This document shows, piece after piece, positions 38,766 to 52,219 of a stretch of 64,000 bases of DNA (within the stretch, counting starts at the first letter, position 1; each line of letters begins with the position of its first letter). The notes beneath the pieces are model-generated. The model was given only the letters and a program-made list of their open reading frames with translations, searched no databases and was not told the DNA's origin. The stretch is from contig NC_086109.1 of NCBI RefSeq assembly GCF_963921235.1, positions 7,628,001 to 7,692,000 of the forward strand, in the 5' to 3' direction. Source of the stretch: Mobula hypostoma. Its lineage: Eukaryota. A program made the translations under genes and the position numbers.

Positions 38766-40379
38766 GGTGGATGGCATAGTGCTCCTGTACCTCCTGCCCA
38801 ATGGTAATAGCGAGAAGAGAGAAAGGCCTGGATGATGGATGTGCCTTTCTTGTGGCAGCCCCCCTTGTAGATGTGCCCAATGATGGGGAGGGGGGCTTTG
38901 CCTGTGATGGACTGGGCTGTATCCACCACATTCAGCCACCATCAAGGTCCAAGGTAACTGAGGGATAGACAATAAATGCTGATTTTTGTCACGAGATCAC
39001 ATCTGTGAGTGAATTACATAAGATATAGGAGCACAATTAGGCCATTTGGCCCATCAAGTCTGCTCATCATGGCTGATCCATTATTCTTCTCAGCCCCAAT
39101 CTCCTGCCTCCTCCTCATATCCTTATGCCCTGACCAATCAAGAATCTGTCAACCTCTGCCTTAAATATACCCAATGACTTGGCCTTCACAGCCGCATGTG
39201 GCAACAAATTCCACAGATTCACCACCCTCTCTGGCTAAAGAATTTCCTCCTCATCTGCATTCTGAAAGAACACACCTTCATTCTGAGGCTGCGTCCTCTG
39301 GTCTTAGACGCTTCCACCATAGGAGACATCCACTCTACCAAGGTCTTTCAACATTCGATAGGTTTCAATGAGGTCACCCCCCATTCTTCTGAATTCCAGT
39401 GAGTAGAGGCCCAGAGCCATCAAGCACTTTTCACCTTTCAATCCCAGAATCATTTTCGTGAACCTCCTTTGAAGGTTCTCCAATGTCAGCAGAACACTTG
39501 TTGGGATACTGAATCCCAGCCCAGAGGAAAGAGTGGAATATGATCCCTACGAACAAATTTTGAACTTGATGATGAGTATGTTGCATCATCAGGGACAAAA
39601 ATTGAGCATTTGGTTCAAACCAACGACTTCCACAAAGGCACAGAAAGCCCGTTGACTTTGAGATAAAAATCTTTGAATGGCTTTTGTTAATTCATGCACA
39701 AAATGGAGGCAGCATTGACAAGGCTGGTATTTCTTGACCATATTTGAGTAATCTTGTCCTTAAAGTCTTACAGGGACACTTCTGTGGGGGTATCTCACCA
39801 TCTCCTTCTTAATATCTCTGGGCTGGACAAGAAAGTCTGACAAAAAGCAGTACAATGGAAGTTCAGGTGACAAATCAGTCCACCACGTTGGTAAATCTGG
39901 AGTCAGGCATAAGCCAGGTCAGGGCAAGTTTCTTTCCCTGAAAGATACTAGTGAGCCATTCTGGAGTAATAACTCAGAACACCATTGGCCTTTATCTGTG
40001 GTGTCTGTAACCACAGTACACACAAGCTTCCTGATAAAAATACATCTCTGTGGGAGAGTTATGGAGTCATAGAGAACTCCACACAGAAACAGGCTCTTCG
40101 GACCTTCTAGTCCATGCCAAACTATTCTGCCTCGTCCCATCAGCCTGCACCTCGGCCATAATCCTCCGCACGTCTCCCATCCATGTATCTATCCAAGCTT
40201 CTCCTAAGTGTTGCAATCAAACCCATGTCCATCGCTTCTGCTGCCACCTCGTTCCACACTCGCACTACCTTCTAAGTGAAGAAGTTTGCCTTAAACATTT
40301 CACCTTTCACCCTGATCCCATGACCTCTAATTCCAGACACAGCCAACCCCGCAGTGGAAAAATCCTGCTTGTACTTACG

Positions 40380-41641
40380 CTATCTATACCTTTCATAATT
40401 TTGTATATGTTTATCAAATCTCCATTTCTTCTCCAACGTCCCAGGGAATAAAGTCCAAACTGATTCAATCTTTCCCTATAATTCAGGTTCTCAAGTCCCA
40501 GCAACATCCTTGTAAATTTTCTCTGCACTCTTTCAATCTTATTGACATCTATCTTAGGTGACCAAAACAGCACACTAGAGCACATAAACAGGCCCTTTTG
40601 TGCTAACTTGTTTTTCTGCTTAGTCTCATCTACCTACACCTAAACCATAGCCCTTCATACTCCTCTCATCCATGTACGTATCCAAACTTCTCTTAAATGT
40701 TACAATTGAACCCACATCTACAACTTCCGCTGACAGCTCATTCCACCCTTTCACCACCCTCTGAGTGAAGAAGATTAAACACATCAAGTCCATAAAAAAT
40801 AAAATAGCCAGAGAAAAGACCATCAAACACCAAGTATGCAATGAAAAAAAAATCATGTAAACAATAACTGCAAGCAAATAGCATTTCTGAACTGAAGTCC
40901 ATGAAGAGAATCCTATAGCTCACCTTTCACATTTAACTTATGACCCGAAGTTCCAGTCTCACCTAACCTTTGTGGAAAAACCCTGCTTATTTCCACCCTA
41001 TCTATACCTTTCATAATTTTGTATATGTTTATCAAATCTCCATTTCTTCTCCAACGTCCCAGGGAATAAAGTCCAAACTGATTCAATCTTTCCCTATAAT
41101 TCAGGTTCTCAAGTCCCAGCAACATCCTTGTAAATTTTCTCTGCACTCTTTCAATCTTATTGACATCTATCTTAGGTGACCAAAACAGCACACTAGAGCA
41201 CATAAACAGGCCCTTTTGTGCTAACTTGTTTTTCTGCTTAGTCTCATCTACCTACACCTAAACCATAGCCCTTCATACTCCTCTCATCCATGTACGTATC
41301 CAAACTTCTCTTAAATGTTACAATTGAACCCACATCTACAACTTCCGCTGACAGCTCATTCCACCCTTTCACCACCCTCTGAGTGAAGAAGATTAAACAC
41401 ATCAAGTCCATAAAAAATAAAATAGCCAGAGAAAAGACCATCAAACACCAAGTATGCAATGAAAAAAAAATCATGTAAACAATAACTGCAAGCAAATAGC
41501 ATTTCTGAACTGAAGTCCATGAAGAGAATCCTATAGCTCACCTTTCACATTTAACTTATGACCCGAAGTTCCAGTCTCACCTAACCTTTGTGGAAAAACC
41601 CTGCTTATTTCCACCCTATCTATACCTTTCATAATTTTGTA
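40380..41641. repeat. Tandem duplication, 618-bp unit x2 plus 26 bp
   Basis: Identical ORF pairs offset by exactly 618 (40626/41244, 40738/41356); CTATCTATACCTTTCATAATTTTGTA at 40380, 40998 and 41616. Confidence 0.95.
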
Positions 41642-42654
41642 AACATCTACCAATTCTCCCCTCGTTCTCCTACGCTTTAGTGAGTAGGGAGCACACAGGT
41701 AGATAAGAATGTGAATCCACGTGCTTTTGAGTTGAAATAATAAAAGTTACTTGTCGATAAATACAGATTCTCTGTACCTTACTGATCATTATTACAAAGG
41801 GTGATTCTCGTAACACTCTTAACCTATTCAACCTTTCCTGATCAATCAGTTTCATTTCCAAACTAGGATCACTGAATAATCTGTGCCCTGCCACAGGTTT
41901 GTCATCCAGTCGATGAGTCAACAGTTTTCACCGTGTTTATTCAAATCCTGATAATGTTGAATGCTTTTATTTGTACGAGAATTTCTGTTAAATTAAAACA
42001 GCCTGTTTATAGCAAATTGGATCCAGTTTCTGGCAAATTGTTGGAATAATCCTTTGGGATGCCACATTACCGTAGCAACGCCATTACCACCTGTGCGTTG
42101 GAGGTTGGAGTTCAACTCCGGCGCCCTCTGTAAGAATGTTTGTACGTTCTTCTCATGTGCATCTGGGTTTCTTCTGAATGTGCCGGTTTCCACCCACAGT
42201 CCAAAGATGTATCGGTTAGTAGGTGAATTGGTCATTGTAAATTATCCTGTGATTAGACTAAGATCAAGTCAGTGGGTTGCTGGATGGTGCGGCTCGTAGG
42301 GCCGGAAGGGCCTTCTCCGCGCTGTATCGCTAAATAAAGTGAAATAAATCAAAGAAAACACTGGAAGAACTCAGCAGGTCAGGCAGCATCTGTGGACGGG
42401 AATAATCCAGATCACTGGGCTTTGTACTCAGGTTGGAAAAGGAAGCTCGTGTTCTGGCTCGACACACAAAGGAGCTGGAGGAACTCGGCAGGCCAGGCAG
42501 CATCCGGGGAAGGAAATGGACAGTCAACAATTCGGGCCGAGACCCTTCTTACTGACTGAAAGATAGAGGGGAGAGAGTCGGTATAAGTAAACGGAGAGGT
42601 GAAGAACGGGTGATAGGCAGATGGAGGAAGGCAAAGTGGGAATTGCAACAGTGT

Positions 42655-42845
42655 CTAGGAGATGATGGGTGGATCCAGGTGAGAGACAGGTGATGGGTGG
42701 ATAGAGGAAGAGTGGGTGGGAATTACGACAGAGGCAGGGAGGTGATAGGTGGATCCAGGTGAGAGACAGGTGATGGGTAGATAAAGGAAGAGTGGGTGGG
42801 AATTGCGACAGAGGCAGGGAGGTGATAGGTAGATCCAGGTGAGAA
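42655..42845. repeat. 80-bp minisatellite (about 2.4 copies) inside a minus-strand Penelope terminal repeat
   Basis: GATCCAGGTGAGA recurs at about 42672, 42752 and 42832. Confidence 0.85.
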
Positions 42846-43749
42846 AGGGCTGAAGATACACATACCCTGAATAGAATTAGGAATTCTATTACTCACAATG
42901 GAACAGTTCCTTCAATAGATACTGACACAGAGGATTTTTCTGCAGATTGAGGAGCATCTTTCTCTAATATAGAGCAGGAAGATTCTTCAACAGAAGACAT
43001 TTGCACCCAATTTCGTTTCTTCAAGTTCCTCCAAATATTCCATGTCAAGCTAATACAGAATAATTATTAGTTTCATTCTACCAAATGACTACCCTTGGGG
43101 CTATTTCTGACTCAAGGACACTCACAATTGGTGCCACATGCCTGTGGCTAAACAGACTTATTACATTTTAAAATTCTCTGAGATAATTGAATCACGATGT
43201 TCAAGCAGAGTACAGAATTAGAGTTTATTTTGAATTAGTTTCTGTGGGACGGGGGTTCATTGTGGACTAACTGTTGGGGACAAACACACTCCCAATCAGT
43301 TGACTCTTGTCCCACCTCGGAGCTACAGCTCCATTCTTGTCATTAAACCCACTTGCCTTGTCCATGATGGCTTTCAGATAGTGGCCGCGTAACAAATAAC
43401 CTGGAGATCGCTCAGCCAGCTCCAGTTGCTTAGCCAAAATTACACCTGGGCTAAAGTGACACTAAAGGTCCCCCTTTCCCACCTCCCTGTAGAATACAGA
43501 GCAGAGAGCAGCACAATACAGGAACATGAACCTACTCGTCACCTTCCTCCTCCTTCACTTTCTCCCATGGTTCACTGCCTTTTCCTATCTGATTCTTTCT
43601 TCTTCAGCATTTTAGCTCTTCTGTCTAACCCCTCCCAGCTTTTTACAATATTCCCCCTCCCCCTTGCCTAGTTGTACCCATCACCTCCCCGTTTGTACTC
43701 CCTCCCCTCCTCTCACCTTCTTATTCTGGTTTCTTCCCCAGTCCTTTCC

Positions 43750-43785
43750 AGTCCTGATGAAAGGTCTTGACCTGAAACGTCGACT
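43750..43785 (+). ncRNA. Minimal type I hammerhead ribozyme motif in a Penelope-derived repeat (about 43540-43850)
   Basis: AGTC-CTGATGA-A-AGGT-CTTG-ACCT-GAAAC-GTC-GACT: stem I AGTC/GACT, complete core, stem II AGGT/ACCT, palindromic ACGT stem III, GUC cleavage triplet. Confidence 0.75.
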
Positions 43786-43944
43786 ATTTATTCCTCTTAC
43801 ATAAATGCTGCTAGACCTGCTGAGTTCCTCCAGCATTTTGTGTGCTTTGCCCACAATGTTCTGCTGAGATAATTAAGCTAATAATACCTTAAACAAAATC
43901 CTTCTACCTACACATAGCAATATCTCTTCACTCTCTGCATATTC

Positions 43945-45008
43945 ATAGACCACCTGAACAATACAAATACCTACGCCGGGATGCTGTTCGTTGACTACAG
44001 CTCAGCATTTAACACCATCATTCCTACAGTCCTGATGAAAAAGCTCCAGAACCTGGCCCTCTGTACCTCTCTCTTCAACTGGATCCTCAACTTCCTAACC
44101 AGAAGACAGCAATTTGTGCAGAGCGGAAGCAACATCTCCACCTCACTATCAACACCTCAGGGGTGTGTGCTTAGCCCACTGCTCTACTCCCTCTATACCT
44201 ATGACTTTGTGGCTAGGCCCAGATGAATAACATCTATAAATCTGCTGATGATGCAACTGCCGTTGGCAGAATTTCAGATGGTGACAAGAGAACATACAGG
44301 AGTGACATTGATCAGCTTGTTGAGTGGTGTCACAGCAACAACTTGGCACTCAACGTCAATAAAACCAAAGAGCTGATTGTGGACTTCAGGAAGGGTAAGA
44401 TGAGGGAACACATTCCAGTCCTCATAGAAGGAGCAGAAGTGGAGAGAATGAGCAATTTCAAATTCCTGGGTATCAATATCTCTAAGGTTCTAATCTTGAC
44501 CCGACATATAAGCTGCAAATAAGCATAACTGTGACTATATTTCATTTGGAGTTTGAGAAGATTTTTTTACTGCTACTACACAGGGTTGAAATAAGCTGAA
44601 GAGAGTTGTAAACTTAGTCAGCTCCATCGTCATCCTCTGTAGTACCCAGGACATCTTCAAGGAGCGATGTCTCAAAAATGTGGTGTCTATCACTAAGGAC
44701 CCCCTTTACCCAGCATGTTCCCTCTTCTCATTGCAACCATCAGGAAGGAGGTACAGAAGCCTGAAGACGCACACTCAACAAATCAGGAGCAGTTTCTTCC
44801 CCTCTGCCATCTGATTTCTGAATGGACATTGAACCCATGAACACTACCTCGCTACTTTCTTATTTCTATTTTCTATTAACTATTTAATATGGATATACTT
44901 ACTGCAATTCACGATTTTTTTCTATTATTATGTATTGCATTGTACTGCTGCCACAAAGACAACAAATTTCCCGATGTATACCGGTGATATTAAACCTGAT
45001 TCTGATTT
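43945..45008 (+). mobile_element. Rex1/Babar LINE RT-to-3'-end fragment, degraded
   Basis: [59 protein letters not shown]; tail ATTAAACCTGATTCTGAT. Confidence 0.9.
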
Positions 45009-45280
45009 GGACTCACGTGCCCATCTCATTGCGAGCCCCACAGAAGCGTAGCAGTTAGCGTGCCGCCATTACGGTTCGGGCGTTCCGGAGTTGGGAGTTC
45101 AATTCCAGCGCCGTTCAGTAAGGAGTCTCTCTACATCCTCCCCGAGGAATGCGTGGGATTTCCCCGTGTGCTCCAGTTTCCTCCCACAGTCCGAAGAGGT
45201 ACCGGGTCGGTAAATAAGTCACTGTTACGGAACTGGAGCTGCAGCTCGATGACCTTCGTCTGGTCAGGGAGAGCGAGGAG

Positions 45281-46039
45281 GTGATGGAGAGGAGTGGAAG
45301 GCAGGTGGTCACGCCGGGGCCACGGGAGGCAGACAAGTGGGTCACGGTTAGGAGGGGGAAAGGGAAAAGGCAGGTGATGGGGAGTACCCCGGTGGCTGTG
45401 CCCCTTAACAACAGGTACTCCTGTTTGAGTACTGTTGGAGGGGACAGCTTACCCGGGGGAAGCGACAGTGGCCCTGCCTCCGGCACAGAGTCTGGCCCTG
45501 TAGCTCAGAAGGGTAGGGCAAGGAAGAGGAGGGCAGTTGTGATAGGGGACTCGATAGTAAGGGGGTCAGATAGGCGATTCTGTGGACGCAGTCCAGAGAC
45601 CCGGATGGTAGTTTGCCTCCCTGGTGCCAGGGTCCGGGATATTTCTGATCGTGTCCAAGATATCCTGAAGTGGGAGGGTGAGGAGCCAGAGGTCGTGGTA
45701 CATATAGGTACCAATGACATAGGTAGGAAAAGGGATGAGGTCCTGAAAGGAGAATATAGGGAGCTAGGAAGGGAGTTGAGAAAAAGGACCACAAAGGTAG
45801 TAATCTCGGGATTACTGCCTGTGCCACGCGACAGTGAGAGTAGGAATGCGATGAGGTGGAGGATAAATGCGTGGCTGAGGGATTGGAGCAGGGGGCAGGG
45901 ATTCAAGTTTTTGGATCATTGGGACCTCTATTGGTGCAGGCGTGACCTGTACAAAAAGGACGGGTTACACTTAAATCCTAGGGGGACCAATATCCTGGCA
46001 GGGAGATTAGCGGGGGCTACTGAGGTGACTTTAAACTAG
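45281..46039 (+). CDS. CR1 ORF1p, SGNH/GDSL esterase-like domain (N-terminally truncated; frame open from 45224)
   Basis: Blocks VIGDSIVR, CLPGA, HIGTNDI and DGLHLN; upstream in-frame coiled-coil-like VTELELQLDDLRL. Confidence 0.9.
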   Translation: MMERSGRQVVTPGPREADKWVTVRRGKGKRQVMGSTPVAVPLNNRYSCLSTVGGDSLPGGSDSGPASGTESGPVAQKGRARKRRAVVIGDSIVRGSDRRFCGRSPETRMVVCLPGARVRDISDRVQDILKWEGEEPEVVVHIGTNDIGRKRDEVLKGEYRELGRELRKRTTKVVISGLLPVPRDSESRNAMRWRINAWLRDWSRGQGFKFLDHWDLYWCRRDLYKKDGLHLNPRGTNILAGRLAGATEVTLN

Positions 46040-46044
46040 AATGG

Positions 46045-49031
46045 TTGGGGGGTGGGAATCAAATTAAAGAGGCTAGGCGTGAGGAGGTTAGTTCACAACA
46101 GAGGGATGGGAACCAGTGCAGAGAGACAGAGGGGTGTAAAGTGAGCATAGAAGCAAAAAGTACAAAGGAGAAAAGTAAAAGTGGCAGGCCGACAAATCCA
46201 GGGCAAGCATCAAAAAGGGCTAAGAGAGTTGTAAAAGAGCGCCTGAAGGCTTTATGTGTCAATACAAGGAGCATTCGTAATAAGGTGGATGAATTGAAAG
46301 TGCAGATTGTTATTAATGATTATGATATAGTTGGGATCACAGAGACATGGCTCTAGGGTGACCAGGGATGGGAGCTCAATGTTCAGGGATATTCAATATT
46401 CAGGAGGGATAGACATGAAGGAAGGAGAGGTGGGGTGGCGTTGCTGGTTAAAAAAGAGATTAACGCAATAGAAAGGAAGGACATAAGCCGGGAAGATGTG
46501 GAATCGATATGGGTAGAGCTGCGTAACACTAAGGGGCAGAAGACGCTGGTGGGAGTTGTGTACAGGCCACCTAACAGTAGTAGTGAGGTCGGAGATGGTA
46601 TTAAACAGGAAATTAGAAATGTGTGCAATAAAGGAACAGCAGTTATAATGGGTGACTTCAATCTACATGTAGACTGGGTGAACCAAATTGGTAAAGGTGC
46701 TGAGGAAGAGGATTTCTTGGAATGTATGCGGGATGGTTTTTTGAACCAACATGTCGAGGAACCAACTAGAGAGCAGGCTATTCTGGACTGGGTTTTGAGC
46801 AATGAGGAAGGGTTAATTAGCGATCTTGTCGTGAGAGGCCCCTTGGGTAAGAGTGACCATAATATGGTGGAATTCTTCATTAACATGGAGAGTGACATAG
46901 TTAATTCAGAAACAAAGGTTCTGAACTTAAAGAGGGGTAACTTTGAAGGTATGAGACGTGAATTAGCTAAGATAGACTGGCAAATGACACTTAAAGGATT
47001 GACGGTGGATATGCAATGGCAAGCATTTAAAGGTTGCATGGATGAACTACAACAATTGTTCATCCCAGTTTGGCAAAAGAATAAATCAAGGAAGGTAGTG
47101 CACCCGTGGCTGACAAGAGAAATTAGGGATAGTATCAATTCCAAAGAAGTAGCATACAAATTAGCCAGAGAAAGTGGCTCACCTGAGGACTGGGAGAAAT
47201 TCAGGAGTACAGCAGAGGAGGACAAAGGGCTTAATTAGGAAGGGGAAAAAAGATTATGAGAGAAAACTGGCAGAGAACATAAAAACGGACTGTAAAAGCT
47301 TTTATAGATATGTAAAAAGGAAAAGACTGATAAAGACAAATGTAGGTCCCCTGCAGACAGAAACAGGTGAATTGATTATGGGGAGCAAGGACATGGCAGA
47401 CCAATTGAATAATTACTTTGGTTCTGTCTTCACTAAGGAGGACATAAATAATCTTCCAGAAATAGTAAGGGACAGAGGGTCCAGTGAGATGGAGGAACTG
47501 AGTGAAATACATGTTAGTAGGGAAGTGGTGTTAGGTAAATTGAAGGGATTGAAGGCAGATAAATCCCCAGGGCCAGATGGTCTGCATCCCAGAGTGCTTA
47601 AGGAAGTAGCCCAAGAAATAGTGGATGCATTAGTGATAATTTTTCAAAACTCGTTAGATTCTGGACTAGTTCCTGAGGATTGGAGGGTGGCTAATGTAAC
47701 CCCACTTTTTAAAAAAGGAGGGAGAGAGAAACCGGGGAATTATAGGCCGGTTAGCCTAACGTCGGTGGTGGGGAAACTGCTGGAGTCAGTTATCAAGGAT
47801 GTGATAACAGCACATTTGGAAAGTGGTGAAATGATCGGACAAAGTCAGCATGGATTTGTGAAAGGAAAATCATGTCTGACGAATCTCATAGAATTTTTTG
47901 AGGATGTAACTAGTAGAGTGGATAGGGGAGAACCAGTGGATGTGGTATATTTGGATTTTCAAAAGGCTTTTGACAAGGTCCCACACAGGAGATTAGTGTG
48001 CAAACTTAAAGCACACGGTATTGGGGGTAAGGTATTGGTGTGGGTGGAGAATTGGTTAGCAGACAGGAAGCAACGGGACCTTTTCAGAATGGCAGGCGGT
48101 GACTAGTGGGGTACCGCAAGGCTCAGTGCTGGGACCCCAGTTGTTTACAATATATATTAATGACTTGGATGAGGGAATTAAATGCAGCATCTCCAAGTTT
48201 GCGGATGACACGAAGCTGGGTGGCAGCGTTAGCAGTGAGGAGGATGCTAAGAAGATGCAGGGTGACTTGGATAGGTTGGGTAAGTGGGCAAACTCATGGC
48301 AGATGCAATTTAATGTGGATAAATGTGAAGTTATCCACTTTGGTGGCAAAAATAGGAAAACAGATTATTATCTGAATGGTGGCCGATTAGGAAAAGGGGA
48401 GGTGCAACGAGACCTGGGTGTCATTATACACCAGTCATTGAAAGTGGGCATGCAGGTACAGCAGGCGGTGAAAAAGGCGAACGGTATGCTGGCATTTATA
48501 GCAAGAGGATTCGAGTACAGGAGCAGGGAGGTACTACTGCAGTTGTACAAGGCCTTGGTGAGACCACACCTGGAGTATTGTGTGCAGTTTTGGTCCCCTA
48601 ATCTGAGGAAAGACATCTTTGCCATGGAGGGAGTGCAGGGAAGGTTCACCAGATTGATTCCTGGGATGGCAGGACTTTCATATGAAGAAAGACTGGATGA
48701 ACTGGGCTTGTACTCGTTGGAATTTAGAAGATTGAGGGGGGATCTGATTGAAACGTATAAGATCCTAAAGGGATTGGACAGGCTAGATGCGGGAAGATTG
48801 TTCCCGATGTTGGGGAGGTCCAGAACGAGGGGTCACAGTTTGAGGATAGAGGGGAAGCCTTTTAGGACCGAGATTAGGAAAAACTTCTTCACACAGAGAG
48901 TGGTGAATCTGTGGAATTCTCTGCCACAGCAAACTGTTGAGGCCAGTTCATTGGCTATGTTTAAGAGGGAGTTAGATATGGCCCTTGTGGCTACAGGGGT
49001 CAGGGGGTATGGAGGGAAGGCTGGGTTCTGA
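46045..49031 (+). pseudogene. CR1 ORF2 (APE endonuclease plus reverse transcriptase), disabled
   Basis: GITETWL, VYRPP, MGDFN, SDHN, KSPGPDG, NYRPVSLTS, YLDFQKAFDKV, GVPQGSVLGP, FADDTK; stop at 46354-46356, frameshift near 47200, small deletion near 48073. Confidence 0.92.
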
Positions 49032-49805
49032 GTTGAATCATCAGCCATGATCATAATAAATGGCGGTGCAGGCTCGAAGGGCCGAATGGCCTACTCCTGC
49101 ACCTATTTTCTATGTTTCTATGTTTCTATGTAAGTTGTCCCGTGATTAGGTTAGGGTTAATCAGAGTTGTGGGGTTGCTGGGGTAGTGTGGCTCAAAGGG
49201 CTCTGTGTTGTATCGCAAAATAAATAACTTCTTAAACACCTCAATCGTAATTGCCTCCACCACCTTGGCCAGCAGCATATTCCAGGCACCTGCCACTCTC
49301 TGTGTAAGAAAACTTGCCCCTCACATCTCCTTCGAACGTTCTCCCTCTCACCTTCAATGCGTGCTCTCCATCATGATGCTGGGAAAAGGTACCTGCTGTC
49401 TACCCTATCTGTGTCTGTCATGATTTTTTTAACCAGGTCTCCCCTCATCCTGCACCGCTTCGGAGAATACAACCTTAATTTGTCCACCTGCCTTCCTATC
49501 CTGCCACCGTCCTGGTGAAGGTCTTCTGCACCCTCTCCAAATCCGCCACATCCAACCTGCAATGGGGTAACCAGAAATGAATGCACTACGCTGAACGCAG
49601 CCAAGCCAGAGTTTAATAAAGTAATGTTAGAAACATGGCAGAGCAGACTGGGGCATAGGGAGGGTGAGGGATAAACAGAATGTTGAACGGTACAGCGCCT
49701 ACACCTATGATGTTGTGCCAGCATTTTAACCTACTCCAAGATCAATCTAATCCTTCTCTCCCACAAAGCCCTCCATTTTTCTATCATCCATGTGTCTATC
49801 TAAGA

Positions 49806-49885
49806 CAGGGGTTCCCAACCCTTTTTATGCCGCGTTCCAATACCATTAAGCAAGGAGATTGAAGATCCCAGGCTGGGAACCCTTG
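49806..49885. mobile_element. 80-bp hAT-type MITE
   Basis: TIRs CAGGGGTTCCCAACC and GGCTGGGAACCCTTG; 8-bp TSD ATCTAAGA/ATCTGAGA. Confidence 0.8.
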
Positions 49886-52219
49886 ATCTGAGAGTTTCTT
49901 AAACACCTCTATTGTATCTGCCTCTACCACCATCCCTGAGAGCACGTTTCACACACCCATACTTCCTCTGTACCTCTGACATCCCCCTTATATTTTCCTC
50001 CAATCACCTTCAAATTATGCCCCCTTGAATTAGTCATTTCTGCCCTGGGTTATTTCAGGGTCTGGCTGCCCACTCTATCCCTGCCTCTTAATACCTAGTG
50101 CACCTCTATCAAGTCACCTCTCATCCTCCTTCACTCCAAAAGAGAAAAGCCCTGGCTCGCTCAGCCTATCCTCATAAGACATGCTCTCTAATCCAGGCAG
50201 CATCCTGGCCAATCTCCTCTGCACTTTATTTAAAGCTTCTACATCCTTCCTATAGTGAGGTGTCCAGAACTAAACACAATATTCCAAGTGTGGTCTGGCC
50301 AGGGTTTTATAGGGCTGCAACATTACATGATGGCTCTTGAACTCATTCTCCTGACTAATGAAGGGTAACACACCACACACCTTCTTGACCACACCATCAA
50401 CTTGTGCGGCAACTTTGAGGAATCTATGGACGTGGAATCTCAAGATCCGTCTGTCCCTCCACTCTTCTAAGAATCCTGCCATTCCTCCCAGAGCACTGGG
50501 AAAACGCCAGCACGCTAAAATATCGCTCCGAGCCAGATCCTTCTTCTTCCCCTTGCCAGCATAAGTTGGACTTCAGCTGGGGATAAAAAAAAATGAGCCT
50601 GCAGTGTTTCACTTAAACTTTGGACACAAAATAACAGAGAAAGATTATGTTTAAAGAGGCAAATCTTTTCAAAGTGCCCTTTGGTCTGTTTCTGTGCTGG
50701 CAGTAGTAGATTTCTCTGTGCCTGGCCTTGTTTATTGGTCTACAGATCACCAAATCCGACACATACTTGGCATATTTTGGAGTGTAAATTCAGACCTATT
50801 GCTCCAAATTCCAGCCTGGATGATGTAGCCAAAGAGTCCAGTTTCACTGGGATCCCTTCCACTGTCCTGCGAATACCAGGAAAACATCTCAGTCAGCGAT
50901 AGCCTTGTCATGCAAGCATTTGCTGATCCAAAACTTTCATCCTGTTGAGAGATCAGGCAGGGTCTTGGTTTGAATTGGAATCAAAATTAGGTTTAATATC
51001 ACCAGCACATGTCACGAGATTTGTTGGCTTTGTGGCAGCGGTACAAAGCAATACATAATAATAGAGAAAAAAACTGAATTACAGTAAGTATAAATATTAA
51101 ATAGTTAGATAAGTAGTGCAAAAAAATAGAAATAAAGAAGTCGTGAGGTGGTGTTCATGGGTTCAATGTCGAATGGCAGAGGAGAAGACGTTCCTGAATC
51201 CAAAGTCCACACGTGCAGAGGTGCAGATAATAACCTCATACAGCAGTAAGGCAGGCTCTTCAGCCCATTGAACACCCACCTGTGCTGTTCCTACGCTGAA
51301 TCCACACAACATTAGGACGTAGGAGAAGGTCGAGGCCATTCAGCTCAAAGGTTCTGCTCTGCCATTGCAATGCAACTTACTTATTTTCTCTCTGAACCCC
51401 ATTCCTCTGCCTCTCCCTGCAACCTTTGATGCCCTTACTAATCATGGAGCTATCAACCTCCGCTTTAAATACACCCAACAACTTGGCCTCCACAGCCAAA
51501 TGGTGGAGCAGGCTCGATGGAGCGAATGGAGTAACCCTTCTGCTATGTGCTATGACTTCATGATGGCACGGATGTGAAAGGACTTATCGAAATGTAAATT
51601 CTGCTTTCTCTTTATAGTAGCTGTCCTATACTTCCGGTAGAGTGGGTGAAGCACTTGACAGATTAAAGTCAGTCAGGATTTCTTTCTGTCCTTATCTGTG
51701 GCGCCCTAGACGTGGAGAGCACAGCTAATATTCCTCTTTAGCCGTGATCCGCCATGCACTGAGAGGGAGGTGCAAAGAAACAATTAGCATTTCTCCAGTC
51801 CTTCCCAAGTCCCCTTCAAGATGTTTCACAGAAACCCAGGTACGTGACCCTGCAGTGCAGTCCCGGTCTGAAGACAGGGAGCGTCAGCTGCCAACAAATC
51901 CACAGTGAGATCCCAAAGAGAGCTGCGGGATGATGAACAGGTAACGCGGTTTATTTCTTACCTTGAGATAGAGCACGGTAACAGGTCCTTCTGGCCCAAG
52001 GGGGCCGCGCTGCCCAATTACACCCTCGAGACCAATTATCCATTTGCCTTTGGAACATGGGATGAAACCAGAGGGAACTAACAGAGTCATGGAGAGAACG
52101 TACAAACACCTCACAGATAGTGGAGGGAAATGAACCATGACTGATGGCGCTGTTAAAGCAATACGCCACCGTGCCACCCTGTTTTGGGCAAACATACGAG
52201 CTAACCCATTGTAGATATC

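Larger units (their letters stand above)
45223..49130 (+). mobile_element. Near full-length CR1 LINE (5'-truncated within ORF1), inserted into a V-SINE
   Basis: ORF1 esterase, ORF2 APE and RT, 3'UTR and (TTTCTATG)3 tail at 49107-49130; SINE halves at about 45045-45225 and 49131-49227. Confidence 0.95.

Noticed and set aside
42655..42845. CRISPR-like repeat-spacer pattern
   Set aside because: Whole 80-bp units repeat, with no unique spacers or cas genes; vertebrate context
46383..47225. 280-aa antisense ORF (and other antisense ORFs over CR1 and Hero)
   Set aside because: Shadow frames of retrotransposon coding sequence
50795..50945. Minus-strand AG...GT-bounded open stretch of about 49 codons
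   Set aside because: Weak splice signals and no recognisable protein similarity
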